A stretch of DNA of 64,000 nt, from positions 6,448,001 to 6,512,000 of the forward strand of contig NC_081332.1 of assembly GCF_022539665.2 (NCBI RefSeq), given 5' to 3'. This document shows, one piece after another, positions 14,744 to 26,128 of the stretch (positions within the stretch are counted from its first letter, which is position 1; each line of letters begins with the position of its first letter). The translations under genes and the position numbers were made by a program. The notes below the pieces were generated by a model. That model made no database searches, was not told where the DNA came from, and was given only the letters and a program-made list of their open reading frames with translations. Origin of the DNA: Daphnia carinata. Taxonomy: Eukaryota.

Positions 14744-17195
14744 TTAGACGTCCTTATACTGAGACAAGGTAGACTGCAGATGATCAACAATCTAGAATGA
14801 ATACGAAAAACAAACAAAAAACATTGATATAGTAGGAGTAGGGTGCCAATTCCAGCACAAGCTTGTAACCTTTTGGTAGTAGGCGATTTGTTCCTGAAGG
14901 AAGATTTTGGCTGCTGCATTATAATCGCGTACCCGTTCTTGATGAAAGTATGACATTTCTGCCAGAAGCGTGTAGGACACTACATCAGTTCGTTGTTGAG
15001 CACGAATGACAACATTGCTTTCAGTTTTGCCTTCCGCTGCAGAGCGCTCCAGTTCACGTCGTTTTTGCAGAGCTCCCTAAAACATACCACTTTATACTAC
15101 ATTAATAAAAATTAAGCTAACGCTTAAGATTACCTTATGAACAGTGATGATGTCCGGGAACGAGGCAAGTAGACCACGATAATCGTGAAGTAAATCACCC
15201 ATTGGCTCAAAATCCAAACGTGGTTGGTCTTCGCAAAGAAGAGCAATTTGATCATATGTATCGGCAGTATGGGCCAACGCCCTGGTTAGTGGGGCCGTCT
15301 CTAGCAATTCCATTGCCGAACTTAGCGTTCTATACAAGAATGCGATTAATAAACAAAACAGCCAGCATGATTGCAGCTGATTGTTGGAAACGTACCTAAA
15401 CGACTGCCCAATGCGTTGATAGTCACGTTTGTATGGGCCTTGTTGTCGTTTGACTTGTTCAGCAAAGTTACTTTGCATCGTGCGGACAGCAGTATCAAAC
15501 GATTGTACGAAACGACCAAACGCTTCGGTTTGGGAATCTCTGATAATTTGCCAGAAGGTAAGAAAAACACGATGAGGCAAACAATCAATGAAATCAGGAA
15601 AGAGACTTACAGTTGTAGGGGGTCTAGAGCTTTTTCTGGAACTTGAACCACGCTAAAGATTGCCGCGCCAATTACTTCATCTTTTTCAGCTTTCCGCTTT
15701 CCAGTTTTCCATCGTTTGGCATCTGTGCATGTTAGAAAATGCAGCCAGACGTCCGAGCGTGACAGAACTGGGTGGTTACTTACACGACTAACGAATGACT
15801 GTAACTGAAGGCGCCTGCGTTCGATGAACTGCTCTTCATACCGACCTAATATGCAAAGCAAAGTTTTGTACATTTATTGAAACTATTAAAGCTATCGAAT
15901 ACAAACCTGAGATTTGCTTATCGGGTAGCGGAGGAATTGGAATGATGCAAAATTTTTCCACCAGTCGTTCGTGAAGCCAATCGAAATGTTTGTAGCGCCG
16001 CGAAACTTGGATGTTGTTTATTGATGGTGTCAGTTGATAAGCTATGAAACTTTTCAAACCTGTGCCAAAAGAAACTTCAGAAATTTTGCCCACCGACCAT
16101 ACAACTTTATTCCTACCTTTCAACTTGGACTCTTTCTTAGGCGAGGCTACGACGCACGAGTATGGTTGTGGATTCGGAGCCCAAGTGATACCATAATTAG
16201 TTTCGATAATTTGAATATAATCGCTATCAGTGGCTGCCACTTTGCTAGCCCCCAAAATGTAGGCTTCTCCGCCAGTTTTTACGAAATGGGAGAACCGGTT
16301 CAAGTTTTTACGAACAGTTCCTTTGCCGTCACCCAATTTCAATCCCGCCAAGTTGACGTCAAGTGCACTACCAACGTCGCTATTGCTTCGTCCACCTGAT
16401 GCAGCGTTTGCAGGATGACTGGCTTGATTAACTTCGGAAACGTCATCGTCCCAGTCATCGTCCCAGTCATCATCATACTAAAATTGCAATACCCATTTAG
16501 ATATCAGTAAATATTTAGAGTGCAGTATAAAACTTCCATTATCAGCTACCTGTGATTGTTGTTGTTGAATTACTGGAGCTGTACTTTCCTCCACATAAAT
16601 CTGTGGCAATGGAGGAGGGGGCATGGCAGGTGGTACATCATAAGTTTGTACTATAGCCTATTGTTGATAAGAACAGGCAAATTATCATTAGCTTGACAAC
16701 TCATTTGGTTTTCTAATTTGTTGAAATCACTCCATTAATTAGGCTACTTTCAAGGACCTTTACATATTTCAATAAATTAAAAGAGCTAATCTCTTATAAA
16801 AATTTTCTTTTCTACTTTGAGAAGTCAATTGTTACGAGTGTAAGTGTAATAAATACCTCAACATATGCAGCAGGGAATATTCCACTAAGTCCACGTTGGT
16901 TACTACCCTCCCACCATCCTTCTCCAACATCCTTACTTGTAACATTTAAAATCTCACCAGTGGTAATTGATAGTTCAGATGTGCCAGGCTGGCCATCAAA
17001 ATCGTAAAGGACGCGCGCCTGTAAATAAAAACGTTTCATATTCTTCCAAATGATTCCATTAAAACTGGGTTTGGTTAACAAATAGGCAACGGCAATTAAA
17101 CGGTAAGGCATAAGAGTGAATAAACTACATTGCTTAAGGGTTTAAATTCACAAATACCAATAGAAATTTACAACAAACATTACCTGACCGGCCAT
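14744..17195 (-). CDS. SNX9: Sorting nexin of the SNX9/18/33 family (SH3-PX-BAR; SH3PX1 orthologue)
   Basis: MAGQ|ARVLYDF...GEGWWEG...GIFPAAYVE (SH3), acidic DDWDDDWDD linker, RRYKHFDWLHERL...PPLPDKQ (PX), helical BAR C-terminus ending IVDHLQSTLSQYKDV*. Confidence 0.93.
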
Positions 17196-18379
17196 TTCAA
17201 CGAAGAATACACCTGTCAGATCTGCTTATTAGGTTTCGCCCCCTTCAAAGCTGACAGGAATAAGTCGAATGAGTCAATTGGCTTGAAACTCAAACTGTAT
17301 ATGTGTTGTGTGGCAACTGGTTTTACCGTATGTCAATCAGGGGACGGGGGTTTATGTGGGACCGGATATAACGTGTACTTTGAGCGTGGAACTTAGAACG
17401 TAAGACGTGGAAATCATTGTGGAAATAGGAAGAGTCGTCGACCGTGGAAATGGCCATTAGGAAGGTTACATAAATTACAAATGCGGTGATAATATTTTGT
17501 GTTTATTCAATTTGATTGCTAGAAGAGATTCAGTTAATGACAAATTCGCGGATTCTTCTTTCGCTTCGCTTCTGGAAATAAAAACTTTCCAGAAAGGCTA
17601 AAAAACTATGCGTTTGGGATTTCAGTTATTTTTCACGCTATCCTCCAATAAATCGTGGAGATAATGTGTTTGGCTTGACTCTTCGCAGCAGTGATTTTCG
17701 CGCCACACCGTTCCACTTTCCAAGTATGCGAATACATGGTTCAAATAAATTTTGTATTTTTTGGTAGCCACTAACCTTCGTCGTCAAGTGGCATCACATA
17801 TTACTACGTTCAACTAGTTTTTGTCTTACTTGAATTGATACCTGAAACCTAAAAATAAGCTAAGCACGTAACCAGCCTAACAAAGAACAAAATGGAAATT
17901 TTGCTTTAAGCCTTAGAGCAGTGTGTTGCTGAAACTTCGACACGTGCCATCAGAACCAGTAGTCAACGTACTATCGCACCAAAACATGTAAAATGCCTGC
18001 TTGGACTTGCGCGCTAGATAACGTAACACCCTGTAAGATGGTAATAAGTTGTCTAGCAGTAGAAGGCGCGTTTTCAAACATTGTACCATTCGAGCTGCTA
18101 CCTTTCAAGTTGGCAGTGGCTAGACCCGATTTTCCCAGCAAAACTGGCCCAACTTATGCGGCTTTAGAATCGGATCGCGGTTCGATGAAGATGGACTATT
18201 ATGCGGTGATCTACGGGCTACCCGGGTATTAGTAAACCGGGGCCAATCGCGCTCACACTCGTTTTGTCAGAAAACAAAAGAAGAACGTATTCGTCTGCAA
18301 TGATTGAGTCAGAAAGATTGAAAACTTGAAACACGTGGTATGTTAACCGTGTGTAGAAATTTAGCCAGAATCTATTTCT

Positions 18380-20404
18380 ATGATGTCCCAAACTAAAGGC
18401 AAAACACTTAGTGAGAGGTTAGCTGAACTTGCTAATCCAACACCTCAGTTCGCAGACCCAGAAGATGAATTCAATGAAGGTAATTAACACTGAACAATTT
18501 AATGGCAATTGATTTTATTTTACTTTACATTTTTATGTCATAGAAACAAAAGCAAGGTTAGATACCTTTGATGATCAGTATGAATTACAAACTACTACAA
18601 AGAAAACACTGAAGAACAAAACAAGCCTGCGCCATAAAAATGTTGGATTATTAGCAGTTACAGACAAAAGATATGCTGGAAAGCAAGTAAGCCGTAAAGA
18701 GCTTGAGTTTCAAGCAGAAGAAGATGAAAATGAAGGTTTTAGCTCTGAGCCATCCCTAGTATCTGGTGGTGAAAGTGAGGAAGATGATATCCTTGGATTT
18801 AAAGACAAATTCTTAAAAACAACAAACAACAAATCAAAAAAATTGAATCCTCATTCAGATGACGAAATGGATGATGAAAGTGCATTGGAATCCGACGTTG
18901 ATGACAGAAATTCTCTGAGCTCTGAACATGTTGAAGGAGAAGAAGATGAAAATGAGGACGAAGAAGATGGAGAAGAAGAAGAAGATGGAGAAGAAGAAGA
19001 AGATGGAGAAGAAGAAGAAGATGAGGTTGGAAGTGTAGATGATAATGAGGAAGATGGAAGTGAAGTCAGTGTTCAGAAGATGTCGAAAAGTTCCCACGCA
19101 ACCGACATAAACAAAGGGAAATGCGTTCAAAATCAGCTCTCCCTATGGGATCATCTACTTGAGTGTCGCATAAAAATGCATAAAGGGATAAATTTGTGCA
19201 ATCAACTACCCCAGGGCCAAGTTTACAAACAGTTTACCAAAATAGCTGGAGAAAACCATTTTATGACAGCAGGTCAAGGGGCTCGGATAGCTATTAAAAC
19301 ATTGTTGGACAACTGCCTTGAATTGCAGGTAAACAAAAATAGCTACCAACTCTATCCAAGTTAGACTTACCCAATGGAATTATGGATCTTTTCTCGCTTA
19401 TCTAGGATCTCTTACTAAAATCTAACCCTCAGACGAAATCGTTAACTCAAGGAAAATCTGGAGAAAGGGAAAGGTAACTTTTTGCATTTACAATTCTCCA
19501 TTAAATTAAACTAAAAATCCGGGCATGTTACAATTTCTCAAACAGTGACGAGGAAATCGCAAGCGATACTGGTGAAGAAGCTACAGATGGTGATGAAGAA
19601 ATTGAAGATGAAGGCCCTAAACGCAAAAGGCTAAAAATAGCTGGATATGAAGCTGAAATTGGAAAGCGGCATGATAACTTTCGTGGTTTTTGTCATCGTA
19701 CACTGAATATGTGGAACGAAAAAACAAAAATGGCAACGGGACGAACGGGTGCCGGAAGCAAAGCTGGATTCGGAGCTTTTGATCAATCAATTTTAAAACA
19801 ACTTGAAGGAATCCTTAGCGATAAACAGCGACTGATCAATCGTACGCGGATCAAAAGAGCCACTTACCGCGTACTTGGGTCTGTCCTTAAACCCTCTGTC
19901 CAGGAAATTGCCAACGATGGAAAAGAAGATGAATCTAAGGTAATCCAGTTGAAAGAAAAAATCTTTCCTTAAATAAGAAATAACTGAACATTTTTTATTA
20001 AGCATGAGGAACATCCAAGCAAGGATTATGAAGAATTTGATCCGGAAATTTATGACGATGACGATTTTTATCATCAGCTACTTCGCGAGTTGATTGAAAA
20101 GAAGACTGGTGAAGCAGGTTCCAATCAAATTGCTATTGGAAGGTTAGACTTCGTTCAAGCATGTTTCTTTATTTTGATTCTAAATATGCGATTTAAATAC
20201 AGGCAATGGCTCGAAATTCAAAAATTACGGTCGAAAGCTAAACGAAAAGTAGATGCTAAAGCCAGCAAAGGACGAAGACTTCGATACCAAGTGCATCCTA
20301 AACTTGTTTCTTTTATGGCGCCTTACCCTGAAACATCATGGAATGACGTTGCCAAGAATGAACTATTTGCTTCACTATTTGGGTCACAACCATTGGCTAG
20401 CTAA
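18380..20404 (+). CDS. AATF: Apoptosis-antagonizing transcription factor (AATF/Che-1/Bfr2)
   Basis: [22 protein letters not shown] start, long acidic tract, [40 protein letters not shown] and [26 protein letters not shown]...ELFASLFG (TRAUB domain). Confidence 0.93.
18960..19022 (+). repeat. Coding 18-bp tandem repeat (GAAGAAGATGGAGAAGAA, about 3.5 copies) in the AATF acidic tract
   Basis: Directly visible; encodes (EEDGEE)n. Confidence 0.9.
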
Positions 20405-21054
20405 TAATGTGGACCGATTCCAACCCATTCATTCTAAGACACTATATAAATTCTGAATGTGCGGCGTCAATTTTACGTTCAAGCTTGTCCGTGTAAATTT
20501 TCGTATAGGAAATTCTTCCGATTTAACATGAAGCAATCGTTGCTGTGCCAGGTGGTTAGAGTTCATCATTCGTACTTGTTCGAAACGACGTTTCATACCG
20601 TTATGGCTTTACCAATGATAAATGATTTTGTTGTGGCAGTTGAATAACGAAAATTCGTCCATTTGTTGAAAACGGTTAGCGATCATGTTTGGATCATGTA
20701 CGCAATCGCCACTTTAATATTGCGTTATTCATGCCATGGTTGGGTAATGCGGTTTGCAGATACACTGTTGACAGTGAATATCCATCATTTCATTATTAAT
20801 CAAAAATTTTCAAACAGTTATCTGAAACATTGAGATCGCCTCTTCAATCTAAAAGTACAAAAGAAATAAGGAGCCATAGCGGTGACCTAAACTGAAATTT
20901 GTTCAACAGCATCTTGTCTTTTCTTGTTGTACAATTCATTTGATTTCCTCGATTCAATAGCAACCCAGGGCTGATCCCTATCGAGAACTTCCCGATCGCA
21001 GTGAGGGCCCCTAGTATTTTTTTTTTGTTTTTTTGTTTTTTTCGAATTTTAAAG

Positions 21055-21795
21055 TTCGCCACATCTGTTGCCGTTCGCGAATTAGATGTATATAATCTTA
21101 TTTTGGTTGTAAACTAAGGTTGTCCGAACCATCATGAAGACTATATTCATAGTTGTGGACGTACTGGAAGAACAGGCAATAAAGGATTCGCTTACACTTT
21201 TATCACCCCGGGTCAGCAGAGTACAGCAGGCGATATTATTAAAGCCATGGAACAATCGAACACACTAGTTCCAGCTGAACTACAACATCTTTGGGATCGA
21301 TACAAATCCAAACTTACTGCGGTAAATTAGACAAAAGTGAAACATTAGCCTTATTTTAATTATTCACGATTTCGTAGGAAGGAAAAACTGTCCCATCAGA
21401 CGGGGGTGGATTTTCCGGAAAAGGATTCAAATTCGCTGAATCAGAAGCTATGATTGTATCAGAGAAGAAAAAGTTCCAGATAGCCGCTTTAGGTATTTTG
21501 TCGAAAATTTTTAGATTATTATTTCCGCTGATTAACAAAAAGTACTGTAACTATTTCTGCTTAGGCCTGCAAGATTCCGATGAAGAAGATATTGAAAATG
21601 ACTTGGACGAGCAAATTGAAACTTTGATGGCTGCCAAACTATTAGTGCGGGAAGTTCAAGCATCCACAATTGTCACCGGAGGCGGCGGTTCAGTTGCATC
21701 AAGCATTCCAAGCAAAACAGCTATCGACAAACTAGAATTACCGAAGCGGTTAGCCTCAAGAATGAACCTGGCTAAACAACCCATTGGACCAGTTC
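21055..21795 (+). pseudogene. DDX46: Unprocessed DDX46 (Prp5) pseudogene fragment, 3 exons with introns retained
   Basis: Inverted copy of about 63049-63792. It has a +1 insertion (cgcggaattagat vs cgtggtttagat), a premature TAA (aactaa vs aactac, NYD to N*), and helicase motif VI changed from HRCGRTGR to HSCGRTGR. It lacks both the 5' exons and the last exons. Confidence 0.92.
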
Positions 21796-23334
21796 TAACA
21801 TTATTGAGGATTATTGATTCATTCCTCTTTGGATCATTAATCCAAATTCAAGTTCCTGACCATGCTCCTTTTTGGTGCGTAGACCGAGGCCGAAGTTAGT
21901 TCCTCATACAATATAATAAAACGTATTTCCTGATGGACGCAAAGTACGAGAAAAGAAATGTGAAACTGAAGTAAACTGGGCAAGTTCGGTTTGCTTACCC
22001 AATTCTTAGCAGAAGAAAGCCCCACCTGACCATTTACGCGAACCTTCGCACAGTCCTAATCATTTCTACTTTACTTATCATAGGTTGATAATTTCGAAGC
22101 AATCGGGACTACAACCAGTATTCACGTCAAATTTACTTGTTTAGCGGGGGGTGGCGACTCCCTAAACCGACTTTCTTCCTACTTCAGTTTCACATATCTT
22201 TTTTTTTTCAATTGCCATGCTTACCTTGTCCCTCGTTTGTGCGGACCTTTATGTACTATAGAGGTTGCTGTTTGCAGCATGTATTCCCAAATGCCCACCG
22301 TATGGCAGATGGTCCACAACTTACGTGGCACATTCACGACTTGAATTTTTCAGGACGTGACACCTCTATAGGGAGTGATCGACACCGCCTATTCCTACCA
22401 CTCCAATGATAATAAGTCAGTAGCATCCCTTTAGTACACGAAATTAACTGCCCAAACCTCGCTGCTGCACGCTTTGCCATTTTTCCACCCATATTCGTTC
22501 ATTAATTTAAACCTGTGGACTAAATTCACAAAATAAACAATGAACTATGTGCTCTAGGTGAAGCTTGAAATAATGGAACAATTGTTTTTTTTTCTTTGAA
22601 GTCAAATCATACAAATAAAACGATTTGTGGCACAACAGTACAGTTTGCTATAGGGACCGTTTAAAGACGTTCTACCTTATTTCAGTATTGACCTATGTTA
22701 TTCTATATTCTATGGAAAGATTTTGAAACAAACAAATTCTTACTTTTTTTGAAAAAATTTAGTTTTATTTTTTAACTAGATGTCGTTGTAGTCCTTAGGG
22801 CCTTTAGTGGTCGTGTAAATAAAATTTAAGCCCGACTTTTTTTTTTTTCTTTTCAAGTTGAGCTTCTAACAGTCAAACTAGATGGTGTTGGTGTGCCTTT
22901 AGTGATTGTGTAAACAAAAATTTAAGCCCAACAAAATAAGCCCGACTTTTTTTTTTAGTTTTTGGTGCGCTAGAGTAAAATATCGAAGTTATTCGACCAA
23001 CTTTTTCAGCGACCTTTCTCAACAGACATGTTCAGGCATTACAGGGCACATTATCGCAAGTAGCCTAAAATCCGTTTTCGTTAGCTACCCAGTTAGCGGT
23101 AAGAACAACGCCTGGTAACGCATGACTTCGAATAAAGGTAAACCGTAGAATCGAAACTTTGTCGTAAATCTTTTAATCGAACGCGAGTCTTTTTTTTCAA
23201 TCATTATAAGCTATGCAATGCCTACACTTTCGTAAATTATTGTAGAAATTACAAGACAAATTTAAAACTTTTTTTAAATCATTTTATTTTAGATTTCAAG
23301 TACAAGCACATATGCAAGTTATAAGAGAAGCAAG

Positions 23335-24928
23335 CTAGTGTTTCTTTGTTGGCAAATTTTCTGGACTTGTTGGAAACCGCTTTATATTTGCATCCGCAAT
23401 ACCCACCACCTGCTTCCTAAGACTTAACTTCGGGTCATTAGTACTTCCATTATTTGAGGTATGGGTGCTGCTGGAGGCTACACCAACAACGTTTTTCCCA
23501 ACAAGGTAAAGAGAATCACCAAAAACATCTGAAGCTGCGACGCCCTCCGCCACCCTGCCGATGTCGAGTTTAATGTCATTGGGGTCGTTAACGTTCTCGT
23601 TCTTGCTGTGGGAAGAAGCGATTCCTGTTATTTCTTGGTTAATATTCGCAAAGTTGTTGGGCTGGTTAGGGAAGTCGCTGAGATTTGCAGATGCAATCCT
23701 CACCACTTGCTTTTGAAGGTTCGATTGTTGGTTTTTGGTCTTTACCTCACCTGAATTTTGGTTGTTGGAAAAGGCTGTGCCAATAGTCGTTTTCTCGACA
23801 TCTAACCCGGTAGTATTGCTGTTATGAGGATGGAAGTAAACGCCTGAACTAGCTATTCCCGTGATATCCTTGCCAATATCGAGTTTGAATAGTTTAGCTT
23901 CATCAGTAACCTGGTACTTGGTATTGGAAAGCCCAATTCCGTTCACCGTTTGTTGGATGTTTATATCGCTGATGTCGTCGCCACTAGACAAATCGATGTC
24001 GTTGATTTTAGAAGTAGTATTCATGGTGTTAGACTCATCAAGAACATCCGAAGCTGCAATCTCTTCCATTACCTTGTTCATGTCGAGTTTGAAGACGTGC
24101 TGCTTATGGATAGTTTGGTCTAGAGTGTTCACAAATCTTATTCCATTTACAGTCTTCAAGATGGATATTTCAGACAGTTCGTCTTCGCCAGACAAATCGA
24201 TGGAATCTGGATATCCTCCTTGTCCACTGACTTGCCTTTTGATGTTGACTTTAAAAGTTGTGTTACGCGAACCGCTGATATCTGAAGAAGCAGCTCCAGT
24301 CACAATCTTATCAATTACAATCTTGAGTGTTTTAGACTGGAGAATCATGAATTGGTTGTTCTGCGTTGCTCACCTGTCTTTCGATTTCCAACGTTAGGCT
24401 TTTGGTTTGATTATATGATTCGCCCAGGTTTGCATCACCGATTCCAGACATCGCACTGATGAAGTCCAAAATAAACCTGTTGATTTCCTCGAGTAAATCG
24501 TCAACCTCAACTGCTCCAGTGCCGGTAGAATACTTCTCCATGTCCAAATTATAAGTGTCGGCCACATCAGGATTGCCGGCGGAAGAAGTTACAAGTGACG
24601 GAACGCCGCCATCGGCGTTGACGATATCGGGGTCTGGCAAAAGTACACTTTTACCATGCGGCTCTTGTCCGCTGATGGTGTCTTGTTTTGTTTTAGTTTT
24701 GGCCTCGTGAATTTCAGACGTGGTAAACGTAGTAATTGGATCTTCGAATACTATCCCAGTTGAGCTTTGTAGTTGGCCGATGATATCCGCAGTCGAAGGG
24801 CACTTAAGATCAGTCAGGGACGGGCATTGCGGCCTTGTGACTACCATTACGATGACACCCACAATGCATCCAAGAGCAAAGAGCGTCAATACGGCTACGT
24901 ACAACCTTGCTTTACTGCATTTAACCAT
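23335..24928 (-). pseudogene. Frameshifted paralogue of the orphan repeat membrane protein at 59954-61852
   Basis: ORFs 24332-24943 and 23335-24348 together align to the 637-aa ORF. A 2-nt deletion near 24340 (gattctccagtctaa vs gattctcctcagtctaa) gives DSPV*. This could be a pseudogene, a null allele or an assembly error. Confidence 0.8.
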
Positions 24929-26128
24929 TTTCAATGTGGGCAAAGACGATAAATTTTCCTCCTGTAGCCATCGCTTTTATACAAATAACGTGAAACTTGT
25001 GGGTCATTACAATGAATATGTAGGTATGTTTTGAGACTTTCTTCCATAATTCGTAATTTCATATTTTACTTTTGATCAAAATTAGGTGTATGCCTTATTT
25101 ACACATACATTTCAATATGTTTAGTTTTAATTGAAATAACGAAACTTAAATTATCTTTTCCAGAAAAGAGGATTTCGCTGCGCTTGCGATGGATATGTAG
25201 AAAAATGATTTCCGTGCTATTCCGCCAATCATTCGGCAGAACGTCCAAATGGAAACCGTGAAAAAAGCAATGGTACCAAAACATTTTTCAAAACTGATAA
25301 CATATTTGTTTTCCTAAGAAATGCGATAAAAAATAGCGCCCTTCCTGAAAATGGTTAATGAATTCAAAGATTTCTGTTCGCGAAAAAACAAACTGAGCCG
25401 AAACATTGTTCCGCGCAACTCTTGTTAATAGCATATCATCGGCAATTCTTGTTTTTTTGTTTTCTAGGATTTACATTTCTTGAGCATTAAAATAGCTAAC
25501 AGAACAACAACGTGGGCTTGACGAAACTAATTTGTTCGTCCGTTTTCTACGGTTGTCTCAGAAATAATGTGTGTAAGTATTGTTTGGAGGGATAAGAAGG
25601 ATTGCACAGTCTATCGGCAATAAGATCCAGCTCAGATAGCACTTGGAACAATCTCACTTTGCTATTTAACTTTGAATTATAGTTGAGCACTGAAATTTTT
25701 AAGTACGGCATATTGCGCTGAGAGTCGATTTATATACTTTGCCAAATTCAGTTTTCGCTGAAAGTAAATCCTTTTTTTCCGGAAATATCAGTTAAGCTTC
25801 CTTTCCGGTCGTTGGCGGTTGATATCTTTTCTCAAAATCGTGTTTATAATTTTTAAATTGTCACAAATTTACAGATCGCGTTGTCGAATTCCCATCTTCC
25901 CAATTCCCGAACATATTTATATTGTGGTACAACTGTAAATTCTCGTCGCATTAGCCATAGCGCTTCTCTTTGGACAATAAAGAAAAACGACAATTAGAAG
26001 CCTGAACTTTGGAAAATTCTAGTTGTATAGTAATTGTCTGAAACTCTTGTACTCGGTATTGGCAAATCCTCCATTGACGTAACAACTATTTTTTCATCCT
26101 TTTCCATTCTCGTAACATTTTATATAAA

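Larger units (their letters stand above)
21015..25355. repeat. Left arm of an inverted segmental duplication (partner about 59519-63835), interrupted by about 1.2 kb of unique DNA
   Basis: 21015-21795 matches the reverse complement of about 63049-63835, and 22992-25355 matches the reverse complement of about 59519-62218. The match includes introns and intergenic DNA. Confidence 0.95.

Noticed and set aside
17768..17882. CTAACCT / CCTAAC as a possible telomerase template for TTAGG
   Set aside because: These 6-7-mers recur by chance elsewhere in the window (for example about 39324). No supporting promoter or pseudoknot was seen.
23861..24397. 178-aa + strand ORF and similar antisense ORFs over the orphan genes, ALDH1L, Pitx and DDX46
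   Set aside because: These are shadow ORFs opposite real coding frames.
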